Of a stretch of 64,000 nucleotides of DNA, positions 1-9,794 are shown piece by piece; the first letter of the stretch is position 1, and each line of letters opens with the position of its first letter. The stretch covers positions 1 to 64,000 of the IMG/VR virus record IMGVR_UViG_3300047564_002270. One strand, 5' to 3'. The notes under the pieces are model-generated. The model saw only the letters and a program-made list of their open reading frames with translations, had not been told where the DNA came from and did not search any database. A program made the translations under genes and the position numbers. The DNA is from a virus.

Positions 1-53
1 GAGGTCTCAGGACCTCCTTTTTTTGTATAATAGTCTCATACGAAAGAAAACCA

Positions 54-2222
54 ATGCCAGTTCGCCACGAAATCAAATCTCAACTTGCCAAACTGCTTGC
101 CACTGAGGACCTCGTGGTGGAGCATAAAAAGGTCTCTACTGCCTGCTTCAACGTTCATACTCGCGTTCTGACTCTGCCTCTCTGGGAGAAGGCAAGTGGC
201 ACCGTATATGACCTTCTGGTGGGGCACGAGGTGGGTCACGCACTCTTTACTCCTGATGAGGACTGGACCGAAACCGCAAAGGTTCCCCCGCAGTTTGTGA
301 ATGTGGTAGAGGATGCTCGCATTGAGAAACTGATGAAGCGCAAGTATATGGGACTTGCTAAGACTTTCTTTAATGGATATAAAGAATTGAATGATGATGA
401 TTTCTTCCAGATTTCTGATGAAGATGTTACTTCATTCAATCTTGCTGACCGTGTAAATCTTTATTTTAAAATTGGCAACTTTTTGACTCTGGATTTTAAA
501 CCAGAAGAGAAAGAGATTGTTGATCTGATTGGTGCTACGGAATCTTTTGCAGATGTTCTGATTGCTGCAGAAGAACTCTATAAGTATTGTAAAAAAGAAC
601 AGGAACAGCAGCAGAAAGTTGCTGATTTTGATTCTCATCAGCAGGAAGGTGATTCGCAATCTCCTGCAAATGAGATTGTAGAAACCAATGAGTCTGACAC
701 TGAACAGGAAGGTTCTACAGATCAAGACCAACCTGATATGGATCAATCTTACGGTGGAACTGCACAGGGGCAGGAAGTTGATACTTCATCTACCAATAAT
801 AAAGAAGAACCTGAAATTCGCACTGCAGATTCCCTTCAAGATAAGATTAAAGATCTTGTTAATACGACTGGAGAAGAAAATAGTTATATTGAAATTCCCG
901 AAGTAAATCTGAATACTGTTATTGGTAAAAATTCTGAAGTTCATAAAGAAATTGACTCTTGTTTTGAGAAGCAGCAAAAAGGTCGTATTGAGTCTGGATT
1001 AGATCCTCTTATCTTTAAATTTTCTGATGCAGAATTTAAGAAGTTTAAGATTTCTGCCCAGAAGGAAGTTAATTATCTTGTGAAAGAGTTTGAATGTCGT
1101 AAGGCAGCAGACTCTTATGCCCGTGCTTCTACTGCTCGGACTGGTGTTCTAGATTGCTCTCGTTTGCATAATTACAAGTTCAGTGAAGATCTGTTTAAAA
1201 AAGTCACTGTTATTCCTGATGGTAAGAACCACGGTCTAGTGTTTGTTCTGGATTGGTCTGGATCAATGTCTGATGTGATGCTTGATACTTGTAAGCAACT
1301 CTTCAACTTGATTTGGTTCTGTAAAAAGGTTTCCATTCCTTTTGAAGTTTATGCCTTCACTAATGAATGGCGTCGTGGTGAGTATGATTACGAAACTGGT
1401 AAGTATCTTGCCGCAGATCGTAATCCCCATTATCAGAAAAAGGAAGGATTGTTGTGTGTAGACGAAACTTTTTCTATGATGAATATTCTCACCAGTAAAG
1501 TTTCTGGGAAAGTGCTTGAACATCAAATGCTAAACATTTGGCGACTTGCTATTTGCTTTGGTAATTCTTATGGTTCTCTTTATACATATCCTGCTCGTAT
1601 GAGTCTTTCTGGAACTCCTTTGAATGAGTCTTTGATTGCTTTGCATCAAATTCTTCCTAAGTTCCAAAAGGAGAATAAACTCCAAAAGGTTCATACCATT
1701 GTTCTTACGGATGGGGAGGCAAATTTTATCCCCTATCATAGGGAAGTTAAGCGTGGGTGGGAGCAAACCCCTTATATTGGACATGCTACGGTTAATCCTG
1801 CCAAAAGTTTTCTCCGTGATAGGAAGTTGGGGACTACTTATTCTTTCGGGTATTCTTATCACGAATTTACAGATACTCTTCTTAAAAACCTGAAAGACAA
1901 GTTTCCTTCGGTAAGTTTTATCGGCATTCGTGTTCTTCCAAGTCGTGATGCAAATCGGTTCATTAGTCTTTATCACAAGTTTTCTGATAAGCAATATTCC
2001 GTTATTCAGAATGATTGGAAGAAACTGAAGAGCTTCACCATCACAAACTCTGGATATGATGTCTACTTTGGTATGTCTGCAAATGCTCTTTCTCAGGATG
2101 CTGAGTTTGAAGTTTCTGAGGATGCTACAAAGGCACAAATTAAATCTGCGTTTGCAAAGTCTCTTAAAACCAAGAAATTGAATAAAAAAGTTCTTGGTGA
2201 GTTTATTTCTTTAGTGGCATAA
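54..2222 (+). CDS. VWA-domain protein with N-terminal HEXXH motif (CobT-like partner of the AAA ATPase)
   Basis: HEVGH motif, acidic linker, MIDAS motif LDWSGSM, GTPL and LTDGE; lies upstream of the CobS-like ATPase. Confidence 0.85.
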   Translation: MPVRHEIKSQLAKLLATEDLVVEHKKVSTACFNVHTRVLTLPLWEKASGTVYDLLVGHEVGHALFTPDEDWTETAKVPPQFVNVVEDARIEKLMKRKYMGLAKTFFNGYKELNDDDFFQISDEDVTSFNLADRVNLYFKIGNFLTLDFKPEEKEIVDLIGATESFADVLIAAEELYKYCKKEQEQQQKVADFDSHQQEGDSQSPANEIVETNESDTEQEGSTDQDQPDMDQSYGGTAQGQEVDTSSTNNKEEPEIRTADSLQDKIKDLVNTTGEENSYIEIPEVNLNTVIGKNSEVHKEIDSCFEKQQKGRIESGLDPLIFKFSDAEFKKFKISAQKEVNYLVKEFECRKAADSYARASTARTGVLDCSRLHNYKFSEDLFKKVTVIPDGKNHGLVFVLDWSGSMSDVMLDTCKQLFNLIWFCKKVSIPFEVYAFTNEWRRGEYDYETGKYLAADRNPHYQKKEGLLCVDETFSMMNILTSKVSGKVLEHQMLNIWRLAICFGNSYGSLYTYPARMSLSGTPLNESLIALHQILPKFQKENKLQKVHTIVLTDGEANFIPYHREVKRGWEQTPYIGHATVNPAKSFLRDRKLGTTYSFGYSYHEFTDTLLKNLKDKFPSVSFIGIRVLPSRDANRFISLYHKFSDKQYSVIQNDWKKLKSFTITNSGYDVYFGMSANALSQDAEFEVSEDATKAQIKSAFAKSLKTKKLNKKVLGEFISLVA

Positions 2223-2239
2223 ATATTGAAAAAAATATT

Positions 2240-2425
2240 ATGGATAAATTTCCGTTTGAACACGTAGTCAAATATGATACCAAAGAAATTTGGATCAAAT
2301 GTGATAGTGCAACTACTGCTCTGGGTATTCCCGCACTTGTTGAAAAGTATTATCCTGGATACACAGGACATATCGGAAGTGTGGAATATTTGGATAAACT
2401 AAGAAACAAAAAAGTCCAATTCTGA
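2240..2425 (+). CDS. small hypothetical phage protein
   Basis: 61-aa ORF in an intergenic gap, downstream of TAAATA. Confidence 0.6.
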   Translation: MDKFPFEHVVKYDTKEIWIKCDSATTALGIPALVEKYYPGYTGHIGSVEYLDKLRNKKVQF

Positions 2426-2504
2426 AACTGTCACACGGGGCACTTCGATGCCCCTTTTTTCTTGCTATAATAACTTCAGTTAAACAAAACAATCTAACTA
2501 CACC

Positions 2505-3635
2505 ATGCCTCGCAACGCTTCCGTGACCGACGAACAACTGATTGACTCTCTCAAAAATCTTTATGGTCCTGAAATTACTTCTGGAGATCTGAAGGGTTTT
2601 TGTGCCTCCCGTGCTATTAATTATCAAACTGCCTCTCGCCGCCTTGAGAAATACAAGACTTCTCGCGGTCGTTGGAATTTGGAAGTGACCCAAGAACGTG
2701 TGGAAGAGATTGAGCGTTCTTTCCACAGCGTTGCTGTTCTTCCCGAAACTCAACAAAATCTTATTCCTGATAAAGATGATACTTTCGTCAAGTTTGGTAA
2801 CTTTAATGATATTAAAAAAATTATTCAGTCCAATTTCTTTTATCCTACGTTTATTACGGGTCTTTCGGGTAATGGTAAAACGCTCTCTGTGGAGCAAGCG
2901 TGTGCTCAACTTAAGCGTGAATTGATCCGTGTCAACATCACGATTGAAACTGATGAGGATGATCTGATCGGTGGTTTCCGCCTTGTGAATGGTGAAACTG
3001 CCTGGCATAACGGTCCTGTGATTGAGGCACTGGAGCGCGGTGCTGTTCTTCTTCTGGATGAGATTGACCTTGCTTCTAACAAAATCCTCTGCCTGCAATC
3101 CGTTCTGGAAGGTAAAGGTGTCTTCTTGAAAAAGATCGGCAGGTTCGTTAAACCTGCTGCTGGATTCAACGTGATCGCCACCGCAAACACCAAGGGTAAG
3201 GGTTCTGATGACGGTAGGTTCATCGGCACCAACGTGCTCAATGAGGCATTCCTGGAGCGTTTCCCTGTGACCTTTGAGCAATCCTATCCCGCTCCCTCTG
3301 TAGAGCAGAAGATCCTTGAGGGCATCGCTCTGGACCTTGGTGTGGAGGATCGTGATTTCTGTAAGCGTTTGGTTGACTGGGCAGACATTATCCGCAAGAC
3401 CTTCTACGATGGTGGTATTGAGGAAATCATCAGCACCCGCCGCCTGGTTCACGTTGTTCGTGCTTTCAGTATCTTTGGTGATAAGGCAAAGGCAATCCAA
3501 GTTTGTGTAAATCGCTTTGACGATGAAACCAAACAAGCATTCCTTGAACTTTATGATAAGGTTGATGCTGATTTCCAGATGCCAGTTCAAACTGAACTGA
3601 CTGTAGAATACATTGACGAGAAGCAAACAAACTGA
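2505..3635 (+). CDS. cobS: CobS/MoxR-like AAA+ ATPase
   Basis: Walker A GLSGNGKT, Walker B LLLDEID, ATANTKG and AFLERF motifs. Confidence 0.9.
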   Translation: MPRNASVTDEQLIDSLKNLYGPEITSGDLKGFCASRAINYQTASRRLEKYKTSRGRWNLEVTQERVEEIERSFHSVAVLPETQQNLIPDKDDTFVKFGNFNDIKKIIQSNFFYPTFITGLSGNGKTLSVEQACAQLKRELIRVNITIETDEDDLIGGFRLVNGETAWHNGPVIEALERGAVLLLDEIDLASNKILCLQSVLEGKGVFLKKIGRFVKPAAGFNVIATANTKGKGSDDGRFIGTNVLNEAFLERFPVTFEQSYPAPSVEQKILEGIALDLGVEDRDFCKRLVDWADIIRKTFYDGGIEEIISTRRLVHVVRAFSIFGDKAKAIQVCVNRFDDETKQAFLELYDKVDADFQMPVQTELTVEYIDEKQTN

Positions 3636-3674
3636 TATAATTGGGGAAGGTAAAAAAGTGCCTTCCCTTTCTTT

Positions 3675-4028
3675 ATGATTGAATCAACTTTTACTATTAA
3701 TATGACTGAACATAAAAATCATCTTTGGAAATATAACGAAGATAAAATCCTTAAGGATGTTGAAGACTATGTAACAACTACCTATCACGGTCATTACTGC
3801 GGTGATAGTGATGGTTATGCTGATATCCAGACTATTGACCTTATGGCAGCAAAAAAACTGGCAGCAGGTTTCTGTCAGGCAAACATCCTCAAATATGGTT
3901 CTCGTTATGGTGACAAGGATGGGCGCAATAAGCGTGATTTGATGAAAGTTATTCACTACGCTATGCTTCTACTTCACTTTGATGGGCACTACACCCGCAA
4001 AGATAACGGTCTCTCTGAATTTCGCTGA
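3675..4028 (+). CDS. conserved phage protein (DUF3310-like)
   Basis: GFCQANILKYGSRYGDKDG..DLMKVIHYA pattern. Confidence 0.65.
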   Translation: MIESTFTINMTEHKNHLWKYNEDKILKDVEDYVTTTYHGHYCGDSDGYADIQTIDLMAAKKLAAGFCQANILKYGSRYGDKDGRNKRDLMKVIHYAMLLLHFDGHYTRKDNGLSEFR

Positions 4029-4033
4029 TTATT

Positions 4034-4699
4034 ATGAAACTCTCTGATAAAACTCTTACAATCCTTAAGAACTTTTCTTCTATCAACCAATCCATCCTGT
4101 TTAAGGAAGGTAGTTCTCTTCGCACTATCAGTGTGATGAAGAACATTCTTGCAGAAGCTAAAATCGAAGAAGAACTTCCTAAGGATTTTGGTATCTATGA
4201 TCTTAATCAATTTCTGAACGGTCTTAACCTGCATCAGAATGCTGAACTTGATTTTGAAAATGACAACTATGTGGTTATTCGTGAAGGTAAATCCCGCTCC
4301 AAGTATTTCTTCGCTGATCCAAATGTAATTGTCACTCCCCCCGATAAATCAATTTCACTACCAAGCGAAGATGTTTGTTTCCTTCTTGATACCAAAGAAC
4401 TTGATAAACTCCTTAAGGCTGCTGCTGTGTATCAACTTCCTGACCTGTCTGTGGTTGGTGAAGCAGGTGTGGTGAAACTCGTTGTTCGTGATAAGAAAAA
4501 CGATACTTCTAATGACTTCTCTGTTGTCGTTGGCGAGACTCATGGTGAATTCGCTTTCAACTTTAAGGTTGAAAATGTTAAGATTATTCCTGGTAATTAT
4601 GAAGTAGTTGTTTCTTCCAAGCTTCTGTCTAGGTTTAAGAATACTGGATTTGATGTTACGTATTGGATCGCTCTTGAACCAGATAGCACCTTTGGGTGA
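4034..4699 (+). CDS. gp45: DNA polymerase sliding clamp gp45
   Basis: MKLSDKTLTILKNFSSINQSI N-terminus, FGIYDLNQFL, YWIALE C-terminus. Confidence 0.95.
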   Translation: MKLSDKTLTILKNFSSINQSILFKEGSSLRTISVMKNILAEAKIEEELPKDFGIYDLNQFLNGLNLHQNAELDFENDNYVVIREGKSRSKYFFADPNVIVTPPDKSISLPSEDVCFLLDTKELDKLLKAAAVYQLPDLSVVGEAGVVKLVVRDKKNDTSNDFSVVVGETHGEFAFNFKVENVKIIPGNYEVVVSSKLLSRFKNTGFDVTYWIALEPDSTFG

Positions 4700-4727
4700 T
4701 ATGATGATTTAAGAACACACCTTTATT

Positions 4728-5237
4728 ATGAACATCTTTGTGACAAGTGAATATCCTGCAGAAAGTGCTCTCTGTCTTCCTGACAAGCACGTTGTAAAGA
4801 TGCCCTTGGAGTGCTGCCAGATGCTTTCTATCGTGGCATCTAAGTGGTATCACAACTACGGACCCCTTCTCAAGGCAGATAGCACTCCTTATAGCACTGA
4901 GAAGGGTGCTTTTCGAAATCATCCCTGCACCAAGTGGGCAGCAGAGAGTATTCATAATGCTTACTGGTTGATTAAACACGGTCTTAATCTGTGCGATGAA
5001 TACACTTTGCGTTATGGTAAAGTTCATTCCTGTTACAAGACACTCGTAGATGCCTTTTATTTGTTCCCCCGTGGTAAAATTAATAAGGTAGAAAACTTCG
5101 TTCGTGCTATGCCAGATGAGTATAAACTTGACACAAGCATTGACACTTTTACTGCTTACAAGATGTATATCGCATCCAAACCTTGGGTTGCATCTAATTA
5201 TCTTCGTATGCCAGAACGCAAACCTGATTGGATCTAA
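4728..5237 (+). CDS. pyrimidine-dimer DNA glycosylase/endonuclease V-like protein
   Basis: MNIF..DKHVVKMPLECCQMLS and NHPCTKW motifs. Confidence 0.7.
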   Translation: MNIFVTSEYPAESALCLPDKHVVKMPLECCQMLSIVASKWYHNYGPLLKADSTPYSTEKGAFRNHPCTKWAAESIHNAYWLIKHGLNLCDEYTLRYGKVHSCYKTLVDAFYLFPRGKINKVENFVRAMPDEYKLDTSIDTFTAYKMYIASKPWVASNYLRMPERKPDWI

Positions 5238-5240
5238 ATT

Positions 5241-6185
5241 ATGACAAGTGAATTTCTTTATGTGGAAAAGTATCGTCCTCAAGTAATTGAGGATTGTATT
5301 CTTCCTGATGATACTAAAAAAACGTTTAAGGAGTTTGTAGAGAAAGGTGAAATTCCAAATCTCCTTCTTGCTGGACCTCCTGGTATTGGTAAAACTACAA
5401 TCGCAAAAGCATTATGTAATGAATTAGGGGCAGATTATTATGTCATTAACGGATCCGACGAAGGACGTTTCCTGGATACTGTACGGAACCAAGCGAAGAA
5501 CTTTGCTTCGACCGTCTCACTTACGGGATCTTCTAAACACAAAGTCATCATCATCGATGAGGCAGATAACACAGGCAACGACGTTCAACTCTTACTACGG
5601 GCAAATATTGAGGCATTTTATAGCAACTGCCGATTTATCTTCACCTGCAACTACAAGAACAAGATCATTGAACCCCTCCACTCCCGATGTGCCGTCATCG
5701 ACTTTACAATCAAGGGAAAACAGAAGCAACAACTTGCAGGAAGTTTCTTCAAAAGAGTTCTCCAAATCCTGGATGCGGAAAAGATTGAGTATGATGAAAA
5801 AGTCGTTGCGGAACTTGTTACAAAGCACTTCCCAGACTTCCGAAGGGTCCTTAACGAATGCCAAAGGTATTCTACGGGGGGTAAAATTGACTCGGGAATT
5901 CTTGCATCGTTCTCAGACATCTCAGTAAATGAACTCGTCAAAAACCTCAAAGATAGGAACTTCCCAGAAGTCCGTAAGTGGGTGGTATCCAACCTGGACA
6001 ACGATGCTCCTGTTCTACTTCGCAGGATTTATGACGCCTGTTATGATTGCCTTTCACCCCAATCTATCCCCGCTGCCGTTCTTGTTATTGCTAAGTATCA
6101 ATACCAATGTGCGTTCGTGGCTGACCAAGAAATTAACCTCTTAGCTGCATTAACTGAAATTATGGTGGAGTGTGAATTCAAATGA
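5241..6185 (+). CDS. gp44: clamp loader large subunit gp44
   Basis: VEKYRP, GPPGIGKTT, IIIDEAD and SRC motifs. Confidence 0.95.
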   Translation: MTSEFLYVEKYRPQVIEDCILPDDTKKTFKEFVEKGEIPNLLLAGPPGIGKTTIAKALCNELGADYYVINGSDEGRFLDTVRNQAKNFASTVSLTGSSKHKVIIIDEADNTGNDVQLLLRANIEAFYSNCRFIFTCNYKNKIIEPLHSRCAVIDFTIKGKQKQQLAGSFFKRVLQILDAEKIEYDEKVVAELVTKHFPDFRRVLNECQRYSTGGKIDSGILASFSDISVNELVKNLKDRNFPEVRKWVVSNLDNDAPVLLRRIYDACYDCLSPQSIPAAVLVIAKYQYQCAFVADQEINLLAALTEIMVECEFK

Positions 6186-6379
6186 AAGTGCCAAGTAAAT
6201 CCGAGTTAATGCATCTTAAAATTCAAGCAGCAATGCGTGAGAATGCATTTGCTGATACGGATGTAAAATATCTTGGTGAGCGTCAGGGGCATCATTGGTA
6301 TTTGATTGCTGGTGAGCATGAAGTGAGGGATGATCAATTTACAGATTTTGATATAGTTGATGATTATGAAAAACTTTAG
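6182..6379 (+). CDS. hypothetical protein
   Basis: 65-aa ORF overlapping the gp44 stop (ATGA). Confidence 0.6.
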   Translation: MKVPSKSELMHLKIQAAMRENAFADTDVKYLGERQGHHWYLIAGEHEVRDDQFTDFDIVDDYEKL

Positions 6380-6584
6380 ACATCAAATTAAATCTCAATG
6401 GTATTATATTTTTTGGGGTGCTATGGCAGTTGCTGTAGTTGGTGGACAGATTTATGTTGGTCTCGGTTATCGTGAAATGGCAGAGGTAACTAAATCTTCT
6501 TCTATTACTGTAACTTGCGTTCCCCCATATGAACCACCATCTTCTTATGCTGCTGGTAAGAATAGGACTGGTGAGTTTGAATAA
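6357..6584 (+). CDS. hypothetical membrane protein
   Basis: one hydrophobic segment; start probably 6366. Confidence 0.55.
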   Translation: MMIMKNFRHQIKSQWYYIFWGAMAVAVVGGQIYVGLGYREMAEVTKSSSITVTCVPPYEPPSSYAAGKNRTGEFE

Positions 6585-6618
6585 CTGCTTCTAAATATAA
6601 CGTTGATATAATTTAAAA

Positions 6619-6906
6619 ATGAGTGTAAAATTAATTCGAATGTCTTCTGGTGAAGATGTGATTGCAACTGTGTTGAATGAAACGGAAGAAACCATTACTA
6701 TTGAAGATAGTATTGTGGCAGTTCCTACATCATCTGGATCTATTGGATTTGCTCCTTGGTCCCCTTTGCAAAGTAAAAATGATAAATCTTTAACTGTCAA
6801 TATGAGATTTGTTGTTTATATTGCTGAACCTGATGAGGGAATTGTAGATCAGTATTCCAAAATGTTCAGTAAATTAATTACCCCAAATAGTAAATTGATA
6901 ACCTAA
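6619..6906 (+). CDS. Sm-like conserved T4-like phage protein
   Basis: VKLIRMSSGEDVIA..FAPWSP pattern, shared with ORF 9209. Confidence 0.65.
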   Translation: MSVKLIRMSSGEDVIATVLNETEETITIEDSIVAVPTSSGSIGFAPWSPLQSKNDKSLTVNMRFVVYIAEPDEGIVDQYSKMFSKLITPNSKLIT

Positions 6907-7769
6907 TGGCAAATACACTTAAATCACTTAAGACTCCTCTTAGATATCCTGGAGGCAAGTCTCGTGCTTGTGTAAAAATGGATCCTTATTTTCCAGATCT
7001 CCGTAACTATGAGGAGTTTAGGGAACCATTTCTGGGGGGAGGTTCTGTAGCAATTCATATCACTAAAAAGTATCCAAATCTTAAGATCTGGGTGAATGAT
7101 CTTTATGAACCTTTGGTTAATTTTTGGCAGCAACTCCAAATGTTTGGGGATGATGTTTCTTCCAGATTGTCTGAATTAAAATCATCTCACCCAGATCCAA
7201 CTCTTGCCAAAAAACTTTTTGATTCTTGTAAAAAAATTATTAACGATTCCGACTATAGCAATTTTGATAGGGCAGTAGCATTTTATGTTGTTAATAAATG
7301 CTCTTTCAGTGGATTGACAGAATCGAGTTCTTTTTCTAAGCAAGCGTCAAGCAGTAATTTTTCTCTCAATGGTATTGAAAAATTAAAAGAGTATTCTAAA
7401 CTGATTGGACATTGGAGAATTACCAACTATTCATATGATGCTATAATGGATAGTAATAAAAATGTTTTTATGTATCTCGATCCTCCTTATGACATTAAGG
7501 ATAATCTCTATGGGAACAAAGGATCAATGCATAAAGGATTTGATCACGATCTTTTCGCTGCTCGTTGCAGTGTTAATAGTATGGATATGCTAGTTAGTTA
7601 TAATTCTGATCAGTTAGTGAAAGATAGATTTACTGATCCTGAATGGAAAGCAGCAGAATTTGATTTGACTTATACAATGCGTTCTGTTGGGGAGTATATG
7701 AGAGAGCAGAAAAAACGCAAAGAACTTTTATTATTTAATTATGAAATACGAACTGAAGGATTGGATTGA
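6906..7769 (+). CDS. dam: DNA adenine methyltransferase (D12/Dam class)
   Basis: LRYPGGKS, EPFLGGGS and YLDPPY motifs. Confidence 0.9.
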   Translation: MANTLKSLKTPLRYPGGKSRACVKMDPYFPDLRNYEEFREPFLGGGSVAIHITKKYPNLKIWVNDLYEPLVNFWQQLQMFGDDVSSRLSELKSSHPDPTLAKKLFDSCKKIINDSDYSNFDRAVAFYVVNKCSFSGLTESSSFSKQASSSNFSLNGIEKLKEYSKLIGHWRITNYSYDAIMDSNKNVFMYLDPPYDIKDNLYGNKGSMHKGFDHDLFAARCSVNSMDMLVSYNSDQLVKDRFTDPEWKAAEFDLTYTMRSVGEYMREQKKRKELLLFNYEIRTEGLD

Positions 7770-8127
7770 TTCGTTGTCATTTAATAAAAATGATCTAACA
7801 GAAGAAGATCCAACGATTATAAAAGACTATCCGCCTTATATTATTAATCGCTGCCTTTCTGGTCACATTGATTGTATTATGTTTGCCAATGAAATGAATA
7901 TGAAACATTATCTTCCCAAAGATATGCAGTATTCATTTTATCTAAATAGTCTGAGGAAAAAGAAGAGATTTTCTCCCTGGATCCGAAAAGATAAAGTCAA
8001 AGATTTAGAATGCGTTAAACAATACTATGGATATAGTAATGATAAAGCATCCCAAGCTTTGAAAATACTAAATAAAGAACAACTTGAATTTATCAAAAAA
8101 AGACTTGAAAGGGGCGGAAAAAAATGA
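7741..8127 (+). CDS. gp62: clamp loader small subunit gp62
   Basis: YPPYIINRCLS..FANEMN..YYGYSNDKA; lies before regA. Confidence 0.9.
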   Translation: MKYELKDWIDSLSFNKNDLTEEDPTIIKDYPPYIINRCLSGHIDCIMFANEMNMKHYLPKDMQYSFYLNSLRKKKRFSPWIRKDKVKDLECVKQYYGYSNDKASQALKILNKEQLEFIKKRLERGGKK

Positions 8128-8561
8128 CAAACTCTATTGAACCACAGGTTAATTGGACACCAAATATGATGGTGGAGGTTATCCTAAATGAACCTGATGA
8201 CTTTCTGAAAGTTCGTGAGACTTTGACCCGTATCGGAGTTGCATCGCGTAAGGAAAAGAAAATCTATCAATCTTGCCATATTCTTCACAAGCAAGGTAGA
8301 TACTATCTTGTTCATTTTAAGGAACTGTTTGCTCTCGATGGCAAACATGCAAATCTTACGGTTAATGATGTTCAAAGAAGGAACAGAATTACCCGTCTTT
8401 TATCAGATTGGGGATTGATTACTGTTGTTAATCAAGACTCTATTACTGATATTGCACCACTTAATCAAATCAAGGTTCTTTCTTATAAGGATAAGGGGGA
8501 CTGGATTTTGGAACAGAAGTATAATATTGGTAAAAAAGGAAAGGGTCAGGAAACCGAATGA
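8124..8561 (+). CDS. regA: translational repressor RegA
   Basis: DDFLKVRETLTRIGVA and QSCHILHKQGRYYLVHFKELF. Confidence 0.95.
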   Translation: MTNSIEPQVNWTPNMMVEVILNEPDDFLKVRETLTRIGVASRKEKKIYQSCHILHKQGRYYLVHFKELFALDGKHANLTVNDVQRRNRITRLLSDWGLITVVNQDSITDIAPLNQIKVLSYKDKGDWILEQKYNIGKKGKGQETE

Positions 8562-8668
8562 TTTTGTAGGGAGTTCAACACTCCCTTTTTTTATGTTTCT
8601 TGTATAATTAGTAGTGGACGCCGTAAGGGTCCTCAAAACACAAACTCGCTTAAAAAGGAGCTACCATA

Positions 8669-9103
8669 ATGACTAACCTTATGAAATATCAGGCTGCGGA
8701 TCTTCCTGCTTTGTTGGAGAGAATTAACCGCAATACCATTGGAATGGATGAATACTTTGACCGTGTATTTAAACTTCACGAAACAACTTCTAATTATCCT
8801 CCATATAATCTTGTTCAGGTGAGTAACGTAGAGTCGAAATTAGAAATTGCACTTGCTGGGTTTAAGAAAAAAGAAGTCTATGTCTACACTCAAGATGGAA
8901 AACTATTCGTCGAAGGACAAAAAGAAGACAAAGAAACAGACACCAACTATGTCCACAAAGGATTGGCTCAACGATCTTTCACCAGATCTTGGACACTCTC
9001 AGATGAAACGGAAGTTAGATCAGTTGAATTTGAGGATGGGTTGTTGACCGTTACTCTTGGTAAGATTGTTCCCGAACACCACAAGCGTAAAGATTATCTA
9101 TAA
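8669..9103 (+). CDS. hsp20: small heat shock protein Hsp20
   Basis: YPPYN, ALAGF, HKGLAQRSF and DGLL motifs. Confidence 0.92.
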   Translation: MTNLMKYQAADLPALLERINRNTIGMDEYFDRVFKLHETTSNYPPYNLVQVSNVESKLEIALAGFKKKEVYVYTQDGKLFVEGQKEDKETDTNYVHKGLAQRSFTRSWTLSDETEVRSVEFEDGLLTVTLGKIVPEHHKRKDYL

Positions 9104-9208
9104 ATATATTTGAATATCGTCGGCGCTAGCCAAAGAGGGGATACTGGCAAAATCCAGTTGACTCCCCTCTATTTTTTTGCTAAAATAACTAAGGATGGGA
9201 AAAAAATT

Positions 9209-9571
9209 ATGACTGTAAAATTGGCACTTTTAAAATCTGGTGAAGATATTATTGCAGATATTAAAGAGATGGTGGTTGGTGATGAAGAAAATCCAAAGGT
9301 TGTTGGATATTTTTTCAATAAGCCTTGCACTGTTAGGATGAGAAATCCACAAGAAATTTTGGAATCTGATGAAAAGTCATTTCAGGTGGCATTGTTTCCC
9401 TGGATTCCTATTTCTAAAGATTCTACGATTCCAGTTCCTTCAGATTGGGTGGTTACTATCGTAGAACCAATTGATAAACTTACCGAAATGTATAAAGATC
9501 AAGTATTGAATTATGGAAAAGAAGATGATAAAGATATTAGTACTGACGAACAAGCAAATTCTGATCAGTAA
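9209..9571 (+). CDS. conserved cyanophage protein (Sm-like)
   Basis: VKLALLKSGEDIIA..FPWIP; sigma70-like promoter upstream (TTGACT/TAAAAT). Confidence 0.65.
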   Translation: MTVKLALLKSGEDIIADIKEMVVGDEENPKVVGYFFNKPCTVRMRNPQEILESDEKSFQVALFPWIPISKDSTIPVPSDWVVTIVEPIDKLTEMYKDQVLNYGKEDDKDISTDEQANSDQ

Positions 9572-9794
9572 GATTGAGGAAGTTGGTGCAGATGTTGGGG
9601 AACCTGATTGTAAGTTAATTAAACCCTTTCTTATAAAAGAACCTCAACTTGAAGGACTTTCTAGAACATTAGAACCATTTCTAATGGGAGTTACAAAACA
9701 AGATACATTTATGATGAGTTCTGACAAGATCCTTACTCTTGCAGATCCAACTCCAACTCTACTTGAAAAATACGAGGATTTGATTAAAGAATGA
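9513..9794 (+). CDS. conserved cyanophage hypothetical protein
   Basis: GEPDCKLIKP motif; overlaps the gp43 start. Confidence 0.65.
   Translation: MEKKMIKILVLTNKQILISKIEEVGADVGEPDCKLIKPFLIKEPQLEGLSRTLEPFLMGVTKQDTFMMSSDKILTLADPTPTLLEKYEDLIKE

Noticed and set aside
1530-2138. 202-aa minus-strand ORF and similar short antisense ORFs throughout
   Set aside because: They lie opposite well-supported genes and show no recognisable motifs.
2313-3626. 437-aa minus-strand ORF
   Set aside because: Antisense shadow of the CobS-like gene; it has no motifs and is explained by codon bias.
54-3635. Cobalamin biosynthesis role for the cobS/VWA pair
   Set aside because: No cobN is present; a MoxR/VWA chaperone pair common in T4-like phages is the simpler reading.
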